Shown here one piece after another: positions 11,411 to 21,513 of a stretch of DNA of 61,789 bases. This DNA comes from Octopus bimaculoides (taxonomy: Eukaryota), in contig NC_068987.1 in NCBI RefSeq assembly GCF_001194135.2, positions 6,559,299-6,621,087 on the forward strand, given 5' to 3'. The notes beneath the pieces are model-generated. The model saw nothing but the letters and a program-made list of their open reading frames with translations. It was not told where the DNA came from and did no database searches. Positions within the stretch are counted from its first letter, which is position 1; every line of letters starts with the position of its first letter. A program made the position numbers and the translations under genes.

Positions 11411-14400
11411 GTATGTGTGTATTTCTGCATGCACACATGCATGCATATGTGGATGTATTTGTCCCCAATGTCAAAAACTACTGTCACCAAAGACAGGTGA
11501 AACATCTTCTCAGCCACACCAAATCGTCAGTGCCCAAGAAGGTGTGTCCATTCACCTCATCTGACACACACAGTGGCACACAATACAGGTACATTTTGAG
11601 GGACATCTTAATTTTATGTATCCAACCTTTTATTTTGCCAGGTGCTGGTTTAGCATTCATTGTATACCCTGATGTTGTAACCAGGTTACCAATATCTCCA
11701 TTGTGGTCCTTCCTCTTTTTCTTCATGCTGTTGACTCTTGGAATGGGGAGTGAAGTAAGTTGTTTTGCTTCTACTTTTTAAATATTCTATTTAAAATTAT
11801 CTTGTAACAGTTCATTACATTTATATAATTAATTATAAAGAATAAAAAGTTTAGAATGGTACAACAATGCACTATAAAACAATAAATGGACTATATACCT
11901 GTTGTAATTTGGTTATCTATAGTCCGATGATATTTCGGAATTACAATTCCTTCTTAGGGTTCTTCTTGGCTGGAGTCTCTGCTATAAACTGTTTTCCAAC
12001 GATACACACATATACATACATATTTATATTTATACACGTAGTTGTACATTTAGCTATTTAGTATCTAAAATCATGGATGAATTTGTCAGTGGGCAGTTTA
12101 GCTTAATGGTAAAGCACTTAGTCAGAGTCTTTGAGGGATGTGGCTTCATGTCCCATGGCTGGTTGTTGACAAATTTTTCTGCTTGGTAAGAGTAATTTAC
12201 CTAGTATTTCTGCTGTTCTAATGGCAATTTTGCGTTTGAAAAAATGTCATCCAATATGTATTGTTGAATACACAATTCAATGCTTTTAAAAACAAATGTT
12301 AGTTTGTAGTAAGGATTGTTTGCCAACATTACATGTATCCTTACATTTTCGAACAAGGGAATCTAGCACCCCCACTCAGCTTAAAACAATATCTGTGTAT
12401 CGCGATTTCTGGGTTATTTCCCTTCATCAGCACAGAATAATTGCTAGATTCCCTTGTTCAAAAATGTAAGGACACAGATCGTGTTGTGTAGCCAGATTAA
12501 TGGCTTAACAGGCCAAAGCTTAAAAGTCATGGTCAACATTATTCTTGTTTAAGAATAGCAAAATATATATTTAGACAGAATTTTCCATAGGTATCAACAT
12601 AAACATTCTCACTTGTAACACCTGTGTGTTTCAAAAATGTAATTTTTTCAAATAAAGTGCACTTCATATTCAAGGCACCTTGGGACTGAACCCGAAACCA
12701 TATGGTTGGTAAGCAACCTACTTACCACACAGTCACTCCTGCACCTATCATCATCGTTTAACGTCTGCCTTCCATGCTAGCATGGGTTGGACGATTTGAC
12801 TGAGGACTGGTGAAACTGGATGGCAACACCAGGCTCCAATCTAATTTGGCAGAGTTTCTACAGCTGGATGCCCTTCCTAACGCCAACCACTCAGAGAGTG
12901 TAGTGGGTGCTTTTACGTGTCACCCGCACGAAAACGGCCACGCTCGAAATGGTGTCTTTTATGTGCCACCCGCACAAGAGCCAGTCCAGGGGCACTGGCA
13001 ATGATCTCACTTGAAAACCCTACAAAGGCCAGTCAGGCGGTATATATATATATATATATGTCTGTACATATATATATACATGTATAATACATACACCTGC
13101 ATATATATGTGTATGTATATGTAGACACACACACACACACACACACACATATTTGGTTTAGTGAATGGTTTTTTTTATTCTTTGTTTTTCAGTTTGCTCT
13201 CTTGGAAACCATTATGACTGCTGTACAAGATCTGTATCCAGCTCTACGGCAGAAAAAAACATGGGTTGTTTTAACAGTTTGCATACTTGGTTTCCTCTCT
13301 GGTCTTACGGTTTGTACTGATGTAAGTAATGGAGTCTTTTCTGTTTTTTTAACTTTAAGATTTTATGCTTGTTTATAAGCGTTAAACTTTTGCTATACCT
13401 CGGTTGAAACAAAATGTATTGAAATCCATGGAAACACTCTGTATTCTTTCCACACATTCATTCTATTTTGCTTCAGTTTATCGAGCAGTGATAAACGAAT
13501 CACTAACATATGTATTTTTATTTATCTCATTCTTCACTGATCTGTGATTACACAGTGCACTCAATTGCGAACCATGTTACACTTATTATGGATTGATTTG
13601 TCACCAACCTTTATTTGTTAAAATGTTTTCCTCCTGACTAGGAGACACAAGCTCTGTCACACAGACATTATCACAACAATCACATGAAGATGATCTGCCA
13701 TGAAACACTTCTGTTTTATACTCAGTTTACTTACATAAACACTTTCTCTTTTCTTTCTAGGGTGGCATGTATATCCTGCAACTGATGGACTCGTACGCGG
13801 CCAGTTGGGCTGTTTTCCTAATGGCTATCATTGAATGTGTTCTCATTGGATGGGTTCATGGTAATTATGTACAGATTTCTACAAATTTACAAGTCATAGA
13901 TGCATTACCAAACACTCAAACACACAAATATATTTTACTAACAAAAAGCTGCCCAGTAATGCTTTGCTTGCTTGATGGTGTTGGTTCGTGGTCCCTGAGA
14001 CATCATCATGTGTAGAATGGACCAGGTCTACCAGTGCTCTCTATCGCTGGTGGTTCTGTGCCAGCTCCTCTGTATCTTCCAAGGTGACAGCGAGCCTCTG
14101 GAGAACTCCCTTAATCATGTCTAGCCATCTGGTGCGGGGCTGAATGAGAGTAAAGGATGATCTAGTGGGAGACAGAAAACATGTCTGTATCAGGATTTGT
14201 GTGTTTGTGTGTGTATGTGTGTGTAGTTAGACAAACATACAAATACACTTGCACATGTATATAAACGAATATACACTCATTAGTTAGCAAGCCGAAGCAC
14301 ATGTATGCAGACCCTTACATATGCTCAAAGAAACAAGTATTATTTCAGTATATCAGCCGAAATGTTGTGTTAACAACAAACAAAATGAGGACAAATATCT

Positions 14401-16224
14401 GTCAAATGTAAATAATGTTTCATGGAGTATATATATTCCCCACCTGGATGGGACACCGGTCTGTTGCAAGGTTACTCATTTTTGCCAGCTGAGTGGACTG
14501 CAGCAACATGAAATAAAGTGTTTTGCTCAAGGACACAACGTGTTGCCGAAGATTGAACTCATGACCTTGTGAATTAGAAGCAGCCCTAATATTGCAATTG
14601 TTATTGACTACACATACTCAATGTATTATTTACTTTTACAGGAGCTCAGGAGTTTATCATTGAAGTTGAATTGATGATTGGTCAGCGCAGCCGAAATTTC
14701 CATAAATATTTCTCTATCTTCTGGAAATATATCTCACCTGCAACATTGACGGTTTGTAATGCAACCCTTTGTCTTTACAAGAATTCTGTTATTTATGTTT
14801 GTTTTTTTTTATTTATTTATTTTGAGAATGCTCTGGAAGTGGAATGATGAAGTGTAAGATGGGTGCAGTTATTAGGTTGGAGATAATTTGAATACGATTC
14901 AAAGAAAATGGTGAACAAATGTTTACAATCTTCTTTGAAGACATGTCTGAGGAAATATGCTTTTCATGGAAGACTGGAAATGGACAGTATTACTTATATT
15001 GTGATGACCACCATGTAATGTCTAGACTATGGTACACACACACTCACACACACACACACACACACAAATCATCATCGTTTAACGTCCGCTTTCCATGCTA
15101 GCATGGGTTGGACGATTTGACTGAGGACTGGTGAAGCAGATGACTACACCAGGCTCCAATCTGATTTGGCAGAGTTTCTACAGCTGGATGCCCTTCCTAA
15201 CGCCAACCACTCTGGGAGTGTAGTGGGAGCTTTTACATGCCACCGGCATGAAGGCCAGTCAGGCGGTACTGGCAACGGCCACGCTCAAAATGGTGTATTT
15301 TACATGCCACCTGCACAGGAGCCAGTCCAGTGGCACTGGCAACGATCTCACNNNNNNNNNNNNNNNNNNNNNNNNNNNNNNNNNNNNNNNNNNNNNNNNN
15401 NNNNNNNNNNNNNNNNNNNNNNNNNNNNNNNNNNNNNNNNNNNNNNNNNNNNNNNNNNNNNNNNNNNNNNNNNNNNNNNNNNNNNNNNNNNNNNNNNNNN
15501 NNNNNNNNNNNNNNNNNNNNNNNNNNNNNNNNNNNNNNNNNNNNNNNNNNNNNNNNNNNNNNNNNNNNNNNNNNNNNNNNNNNNNNNNNNNNNNNNNNNN
15601 NNNNNNNNNNNNNNNNNNNNNNNNNNNNNNNNNNNNNNNNNNNNNNNNNNNNNNNNNNNNNNNNNNNNNNNNNNNNNNTATATATATGTAGGTAAATTAA
15701 AATTTAGAGGTAATACTTGACAATTGTAAGCACCTGTGTATGCCAGCTAGTGGTTGCGGTGAAAGAAAGCTTCTTTCAGTTCCTGTCTACCAAATCTACT
15801 CACAAGGCTTTGGTTGGCCCATGACCAACTTGCCCAAGGTGCCATGCTGTGGGACTGATCTCAAGAACACATCGTTGGGAAGCAAGTTTCTTAACCTAGC
15901 CATTCCTAAAAATATAAACAAAAAATAAATGAACTTAATGATAAAAAACAAACAAACAATCTATACTAATGCTAATTCTTCTAAATGTTTTCAGCTGTTG
16001 ATGGTCTTCAATGCTATCCAATACGAACCTCTGGAATATGATACGTACGTCTACCCTGGCTGGGCTAATGCTATTGGCTGGTTAATGGCATTGGCACCTA
16101 TCATGATGATAATTGCTATTGCTGTTTTCAGATTATTAACAACTCACAGAGACCTCCCATTCAAAAAGGTAAGTGTTCTCTCCAACAGTGTTTATGGTGA
16201 AATATCTCTCTCTCTATATATGTA

Positions 16225-16255
<31 letters not shown>

Positions 16256-16263
16256 TTATCTAT

Positions 16264-16295
<32 letters not shown>

Positions 16296-16937
16296 ATACA
16301 TATATATATATATATANNNNNNNNNNNNNNNNNNNNNNNNNNNNNNNNNNNNNNNNNNNNNNNNNNNNNNNNNNNNNNNNNNNNNNNNNNNNNNNNNNNN
16401 NNNNNNNNNNNNNNNNNNNNNNNNNNNNNNNNNNNNNNNNNNNNNNNNNNNNNNNNNNNNNNNNNNNNNNNNNNNNNNNNNNNNACACATTGGAATCTTA
16501 TATGTATCCCATTCTGCCTAAATAATGGATCTACAAATGCAATATCCCTGCATATCTCACATCTATTTTCATTCCTCCACTTCACTCTCTATTTCGTATC
16601 TTATCTAAATTAACTATTGCTTAACCATTTTCTCACACCATCTCCGATGAAGGGATATAATAAATATCCCGGAAACAGCTGTAAGACCTATTCATAAATG
16701 TTCTAAAATCTTCACAGCTTTGGTTTTTTATCTCATGCCTATGTGTCTATGTATGTGTATCTGTATCTATAACCTTTTATTTTCTTGTTTTATTTTCAGA
16801 GAGTAAAAGAACTGCTGAAACACACTTCAGGATGGGGTCCAAACAAGTTTCAAAAAGCTGAAGAAGAAGAAAATCGTAACAGAACAATAGAAAACCCCAA
16901 TTTCACAGTTGGTAATCCACAGGAGACAAGGATATAA
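2374..16937 (+). CDS. SLC6A5-like: SLC6/NSS sodium- and chloride-dependent neurotransmitter transporter, glycine transporter (GlyT2-like), 14 visible coding exons, 5' partial
   Basis: Hand-spliced exons 2374-2557, 3040-3174, 4671-4814, 5650-5809, 6824-6956, 7682-7816, 9817-9920, 10152-10276, 11642-11754, 13193-13321, 13761-13860, 14642-14751, 15995-16168, 16800-16937. All are AG/GT bounded with matching phases; the sum of 1884 nt is one open frame ending ...NPQETRI*. It contains the SLC6 signature [13 protein letters not shown]6 [27 protein letters not shown] (closest to recalled GlyT2) and [10 protein letters not shown]. No ATG precedes the conserved core and there is an in-frame TAG at 2326-2328, so the first exon lies elsewhere. 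The symbol is a family-level call, not proven orthology. Confidence 0.95.
3040..3174 (+). CDS. SLC6 visible exon 2 (TM2)
   Basis: tttAG|GG; [33 protein letters not shown]...CPLFH; G|GTAAGT; 135 nt. Confidence 0.95.
3770..3905 (-). mobile_element. RTE LINE fragment, same family as the 23 kb copy
   Basis: Reverse complement aligns by eye to 23466-23585; reads [40 protein letters not shown]. Confidence 0.7.
4360..4660 (+). repeat. compound (CAC/CAT/CAA)n tract directly upstream of exon 3
   Basis: Low-complexity trinucleotide mix including a roughly 45-nt internal duplication. Confidence 0.9.
4671..4814 (+). CDS. SLC6 visible exon 3 (TM3, start of EL2)
   Basis: ttttctAG|GT; [23 protein letters not shown]...[13 protein letters not shown]; T|GTAAG; 144 nt. 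Confidence 0.95.
4990..5208 (+). pseudogene. hAT-superfamily transposase C-terminal (dimerisation domain) remnant in an SLC6 intron
   Basis: [30 protein letters not shown]...QHHFSKT* matches the recalled hAT (Charlie/Buster-like) pattern LLPFxTTYLCExGFSxLxxIKTKxRNRL. Confidence 0.75.
5650..5809 (+). CDS. SLC6 visible exon 4 (EL2)
   Basis: ttgcAG|TT; [28 protein letters not shown]...VPAQDFF; GA|GTAAGT; 160 nt. Confidence 0.92.
6477..6740 (+). mobile_element. SINE family C (tail ...ccaacccatgctagcatggaaagcggacgttaaacgatgatg)
   Basis: Recurring family; copies at 9281-9440 (+), 10660-11260 (+), 12748-13042 (-), 15068-15351 (-), 31090-31367 (+), 32095-32250 (-), 37420-37650 (+), 61078-61160 (+); (GAT)n tail. 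Confidence 0.85.
6824..6956 (+). CDS. SLC6 visible exon 5 (TM4)
   Basis: ttgcAG|G; [28 protein letters not shown]...KGVKSTGK; AAA|GTAAGT; 133 nt. Confidence 0.95.
7682..7816 (+). CDS. SLC6 visible exon 6 (TM5); not in the ORF track
   Basis: tttttacAG|GTG; [45 protein letters not shown]; AAG|GTTAGT; 135 nt. Confidence 0.95.
8100..8314. mobile_element. TTAA-flanked MITE copy
   Basis: ttaactctttagcatt...aatgctaaagctaa; the internal sequence is the reverse complement of 41841-42072. Confidence 0.65.
9133..9174 (-). ncRNA. intact minimal type I hammerhead ribozyme
   Basis: Minus strand reads aacugu CUGAUGA acg-ggaa-cgu GAAA cu-gug-ag U A acaguu; 6-bp stem I, 3-bp stem II, 3-bp stem III, GUA cleavage triplet. 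Confidence 0.85.
9281..9440 (+). mobile_element. SINE family C, 5'-truncated young copy
   Basis: About 5 mismatches in about 143 nt versus the reverse complement of 12748-12895 (counted by eye); preceded by a 19-bp tandem duplication ttcatatttatgtacttac. Confidence 0.85.
9562..9616 (+). ncRNA. hammerhead core lacking stem I
   Basis: CUGAAGA (a)gcuau...auagc(a) GAAA CAGCUG U A; palindromic stem III and GUA triplet present, but the flanks do not pair. Confidence 0.55.
9817..9920 (+). CDS. SLC6 visible exon 7 (TM6)
   Basis: ttacAG|GTG; [34 protein letters not shown]; AA|GTAAGT; 104 nt. Confidence 0.96.
10152..10276 (+). CDS. SLC6 visible exon 8 (TM7)
   Basis: ccttcAG|A; [28 protein letters not shown]...KVVDQ; G|GTCAGT; 125 nt. 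Confidence 0.96.
10660..11260 (+). mobile_element. SINE family C with internally amplified 26-bp array
   Basis: The array runs directly into the SINE body and (GAT)n tail. Confidence 0.8.
10709..11087 (+). repeat. 26-bp minisatellite, 14 units plus a partial unit
   Basis: Unit ccacataaaaagcacccctgctggtg; 10709-11070 = 14 x 26 - 2. Confidence 0.95.
11642..11754 (+). CDS. SLC6 visible exon 9 (EL4-TM8)
   Basis: ttgccAG|GT; [38 protein letters not shown]; GAA|GTAAGT; 113 nt. Confidence 0.96.
11923..11959 (-). ncRNA. degenerate hammerhead ribozyme (same family as the 42691 copy)
   Basis: Minus strand reads cc CU-AAGA a ggaauu-gu-aauucc GAAA uauca U C gga; G5 deleted. Confidence 0.6.
12392..12436 (-). 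ncRNA. minimal type I hammerhead ribozyme with palindromic stem III
   Basis: Minus strand reads ucugug CUGAUGA aggg-aaauaa-ccca GAAA UCGCGA U A cacaga; 6-bp stem I; A-A mismatch at the stem II closing pair. Confidence 0.82.
12748..13042 (-). mobile_element. SINE family C (antisense to SLC6)
   Basis: Starts with catcatcgtttaacgtc and is the reverse complement of the + copies. Confidence 0.85.
13193..13321 (+). CDS. SLC6 visible exon 10 (TM8-TM9)
   Basis: tttttcAG|TTT; [16 protein letters not shown]...LTVCTD; GAT|GTAAGT; 129 nt. Confidence 0.95.
13761..13860 (+). CDS. SLC6 visible exon 11 (TM10)
   Basis: tttctAG|GGT; [33 protein letters not shown]; G|GTAATT; 100 nt. Confidence 0.95.
13985..14150 (-). 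mobile_element. RTE LINE C-terminal fragment
   Basis: Minus frame [39 protein letters not shown] resembles the RTE C-terminal RPRxRWxD...AQDRxxWRxLV. Confidence 0.65.
14642..14751 (+). CDS. SLC6 visible exon 12 (TM11); not in the ORF track
   Basis: ttttacAG|GA; [37 protein letters not shown]; ACG|GTTTGT; 110 nt. Confidence 0.9.
15068..15351 (-). mobile_element. SINE family C (antisense to SLC6), runs into a gap
   Basis: Reverse complement of the + copies. Confidence 0.85.
15995..16168 (+). CDS. SLC6 visible exon 13 (TM12)
   Basis: ttttcAG|CTG; [35 protein letters not shown]...LPFKK; AAG|GTAAGT; 174 nt. Confidence 0.95.
16641..16686 (+). ncRNA. hammerhead ribozyme variant (U4C) in the last SLC6 intron, sense strand
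   Basis: ucu CCGAUGA a gggauau-aauaa-auauccc g GAAA CAGCUG U A aga; 7-bp stem II, palindromic stem III, 3-bp stem I. Confidence 0.72.
16800..16937 (+). CDS. SLC6 terminal coding exon (C-tail)
   Basis: tattttcAG|AGA; [14 protein letters not shown]...NPQETRI, TAA at 16935-16937; typical SLC6 WGP motif. Confidence 0.9.
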   Translation, partial: RVKELLKHTSGWGPNKFQKAEEEENRNRTIENPNFTVGNPQETRI

Positions 16938-17145
16938 AATAGGCACTAGCATGTTGATTCTTGTCTTCGTACCAGCATATTCATAGGACTAGTAAAGATG
17001 ATGAAGATGATAAGGATGATAATGATGATGACAATAATAATTACAATAATGATGAGTGACGAAATACTAGTGATGGTAGTTGTGGTGCTGGTGTTGTTGT
17101 TGCTGCGGGTGGTGGTGGTTGCCGGAAGTTATAAAGTAAATTTAT

Positions 17146-17151
17146 AATAAA
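17146..17151 (+). promoter_or_regulatory. candidate polyadenylation signal of the SLC6 gene
   Basis: First AATAAA after the stop codon, followed by GT-rich sequence; other AATAAA hexamers occur downstream (e.g. 18484), so unproven. Confidence 0.25.
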
Positions 17152-17508
17152 CACTAGCGGTGGCGTTGCCGCTGCTGCTGCTGTACTTCGTGATGGTGAG
17201 GATAACTGTACTTTAGTCAAGTTGCTGACACAAATCAAACAGAAATAGAGATACGTTAACGTTAATTATGCACTTAGGGCTTTAGAAATGAATGATGGCG
17301 GGAGGGTGACACTTTGCAGCTTGATGGACTGATCTACATTGGTTTGAAATAATATGTAGTGGAATTCTCACCTGCTGTGCACATCTTTTTCTACTAGTAC
17401 TTACCTATACATTTAAAAAAATTTATTGCTCATTGACCTATAATAGGACATATATATATATATATATGTGTGTTTATATATATATATATATGTGTATATA
17501 TACATACT

Positions 17509-17551
<43 letters not shown>

Positions 17552-17647
17552 ATATGTATTTATATGTTTATTTATATATATATATATATATATTATATAG
17601 ATATATAGAAATTTGTATGAGTACATTCATGCATCTGTACATATTTA

Positions 17648-17714
<67 letters not shown>

Positions 17715-17957
17715 AACACACACATACACATATATATTTATATGTATATAGTGGTGGTAATAACAGCTGAAAAACTACTCTGTACAAGGAATAGAGTATA
17801 GTCAAAGTCATAGTTTAGCCATTAGTCATTACTTAGTTTTGATATAAGTTTCATACATGAGGTAGTTTTTGTGAGTACATAAATAGTATTCAGCTGAAAC
17901 TTAATTACAGCTAATGGCTCAACAGTTAATGTATGTATGTGTGTAAACATATAAAAG

Positions 17958-18011
<54 letters not shown>

Positions 18012-20899
18012 AACATATATGTGCATATATATATATATATAAATATATATATATATACACATACATATGTGTGTGTGTATATGTATATCTTGTACAATCA
18101 TTAATTTATTGCATATAAGATATAAGCAACATATCATAAAAGCATTAAAATTTTCAAAGCTCGTTTAGCTTTTCTAATTAGCAGCACATAATTAGTAAGG
18201 TGCACTTCCAAACAAAGGAGATATTTGATCGATAAAGATGGAATTCATATTCGTTTTTTCTTTTTAAATTTAAATTAAATTTATTATTATTATTATTTTT
18301 AAGTTGATGATGATGATGATGATGATGATGAAATGATAATGATGCTGTTTATAATGACAGTGATGGTGATGTTGGTGATGATGATGATAGTAAGGGTAAT
18401 AAGAATAACAACAATAACAATAATAATATTAATATTAATATTAATAATAATAATGCTTATATTAAATATTGTACATTGATAGAAATAAACCCTGTGTTTA
18501 AATAGTGACTTTAAAAAGGACATTATGTAGATGGAACCAAAACAGAAACAGTTGTTTTTTTATTAAGGATAATACAAAATATTTATATAAAATATGATTA
18601 TATAATAAATATATTTTAAATCTGGTGTAGCCACTTAATGTACCTTGGAAACACCAACCACTTACTTTTCATAAAAGGTACACAACAAACCAGCGATAGG
18701 TAGGTATACTTCGTCCACTCATCCCATCGAAATATATATATAGAGAGACTACAGTTTCATATTCTGCCATGATTTCAGATAATATGTCTGTTATATTTTC
18801 CATGTAAGTGAATGCCTGATAACCCAATACAAGCAAAGTACCTCTTTAGAATGCTCGATTTTTATCAGTAAATTGAGCACGTGGTACCAATTGGATGTGA
18901 AAGGTAGTCTCTTTCTCTGACCATCAAACAGGTGCAACTGAACCGAGTTGCAACCTAGCAGCTGAAGTCAAAACACTTTTGGTTGCCACTAGTATGGCTT
19001 CCAATGATGAACCTTCTCAAATAATTTCAACTAAATTAAAGTGATGAGTATTCTGCTAAAGTTTTATTTACAGCTATCCCTATCTGCAGTGATTTACTTA
19101 GGGTAAATGCTGTCTTAGATAATCACGTTTGGCACTACAAGAATTTGTTGTCTGACAACATTACTGAGAACAAGTGCCAACCACTTTCCAAACGCCTTGG
19201 CTCAAAACCTTTAACTTAGCATTCAACAGAGAATTGAGCCTAACATTTTGAACTCTATCTCTCTTGTTTGTATCCTTTCTCAGTGGGGTCACCAAATATA
19301 TTGGGCTCACGCATCTGAGAATACACCCACTTTAACTTTAATTAGAATCAATTAGTTCCTTATGCGCAACACAATCCATGTTACACATCATCTCATACTA
19401 GAGACTTGATTTTCATGTAGCCACTTTATTTCTTACAGGTGATGTGTTTCTGTCGCATGACTCAACAATTACAATTGAAAGGTGGAGCAGATTGATAAGT
19501 CTTCTGATACTGTCTTTCTTGCTCTCTACAAATAACTTAACAAAATGCTTTTGAAATAGCCACCTTATACCTTGTCTCAATACCATCACAATACATAGAA
19601 GCCCTCTCTAAAAATTTCTTTTAAATTTCCAGGTCTTGCTCTTTCTTTTGATTTGATCACTAACTCCTTTGGAAATTTGATAAAATGTAGTTTTATTTTT
19701 ATCACCAAATCAACCTTCTATCTATTAGTTATGATAGTCCAAGAAAATTCTTTTGCAATAATTCTATTATATGGTTTCTATAAGATTTCTGTGTTGGAAA
19801 CAATGTGTTTCCAGGAATTGTGTTACATGATAAACTTGTGATCTGAATAGTTGGTTACGCACCACGTATATTATTCTTATCCACTAACTAATATAAGCTC
19901 TAAATAAGTAAGATCTAATTGCAATTTGAGCATATTTACAGTGATACATTCCATTGAGCTTCTGGAAGTGTTTGAGCATGTTAGGGACATTTTTTTTACA
20001 TGGTTCCCTACTGAGTACTGACACACAGTACCTCTGTGTTTTCAAGATGTCATTCAAATCACCTTCTGAAATGGAATGTTTTCAAGAATTGAAAATGTTT
20101 GTTGTTCTGTTTCTATAGTGGCATAACTGACTGCCAGTTTTAGTTTGCTGTTTGGATTGTTATTTACATTGAAGACCACTAATGTATCCTCTGAGAAGAG
20201 AAAGATCACATTTACTTAAATGGCCAGATTTTTCTGAACCAAATTTACAACTCTTTCTCAAACTAGAATTAGTAAACAAAGCATAAATCTAATTGTCATC
20301 AAATAAGAGATCAAGTGCCTTGGCTTGCAAATCCAAGTTTTCAAGCCACAGGACTTGGCTACCACATCTATTTTAAGTAACCTTAGATAATTTAGCAGGT
20401 AGCATTTTTTTTTAACCTATATTAATCCCATGTCATGTATATTAATGCTCCCTACCTTCAAAATGCTTGCATCTGGCCAAAAAGGGAGAAAGCACTTTTT
20501 GTTATGTTGGTCCTCAATGCAACTTGACCATAGCCAAGGTTTATTTCTTTAAGTAAAAGTCTCTCTGTATGTAGGAAAAGTCTTCTGGAAGTTCTATGAA
20601 CTATTGACATTATTCTCTAGTTGTCTGTTTTTAGTAATTTTGTTGAAGAGAGCCTGGGTGTCATACCCCATATTTTGTAGCCTGTGTTTGTAGCAGATTT
20701 TGTTCTTATTGTGGCTGGTTGTTGTTTAAGCTGTTTCTTTTCTTGTCAACATTGCTGTTCTGATATCAGTGGTGGAAGTAATGCTCGTTTTGTTGTTGTG
20801 TTAGAGGTGTTTGTTGCATTAGTTTTTGTGTGGCTGAGATATCTGGTCATAATATTATTGATGATGGCAATAATGATAGTAATAGAAAAAACATTGAAA

Positions 20900-21371
20900 C
20901 CATACCAACACAACATACTTCCAACGAATAACTCTTCTAGGAACAGCCCACATCTTGCGCATGGCACTATCAATTCAATGGAATAGCTCAAATAGAACAG
21001 TCTTCACACACAACATATGCTCTGTACAACAAGCATTTAATCATCTAAAACAGCCTAACTTACACAACATATACTGTACAAGATTAAGGTCCGAATAAAA
21101 TGACAGAACTCACACCATACACACCACATTCGATAGAATGCACATTAATGCTACAAGAAACAGGGAAATAAACCTAATAACAGAACAAACTAGTGCAGGA
21201 GGTGTCTCTACTTCCCAATCTCCATAAAGATTAGGGAACCCCCAGGGACACGTCAGGGACATGGAGGTGCATCAGGTGGTGTTACAGAAACCCACATGAA
21301 ACTACTAAAAAAAAACTTATAATAATAATAACAATAACAACAACAACAACAACAATTATAATAATAATATA

Positions 21372-21419
<48 letters not shown>

Positions 21420-21461
21420 CCACAAACAAACATTACATTATTCCTACAATTCAACAAGTTC

Positions 21462-21512
<51 letters not shown>
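20900..21512 (+). mobile_element. older R4/Dong-type 3' end with long (TAA)n tail
   Basis: 20922-20981 reads QRITLLGTAHILRMALSIQW, homologous to the 36.8 kb element's C-terminus; ends in (TAA)n at 21319-21512. Confidence 0.55.

Positions 21513-21513
<1 letters not shown>

Noticed and set aside
12795-12825. CTGAGGA-ctggt-GAAAC on the antisense strand of family C SINEs, resembling a hammerhead core
   Set aside because: Only 5 nt lie between the core halves with no stem II pairing, and there is no UH or stem I
19050-19600. Minus-strand motifs resembling LINE RT (ISKAF, PIYLVTPL)
   Set aside because: Motif spacing is too short and there are many stops; cannot be supported without an HMM search
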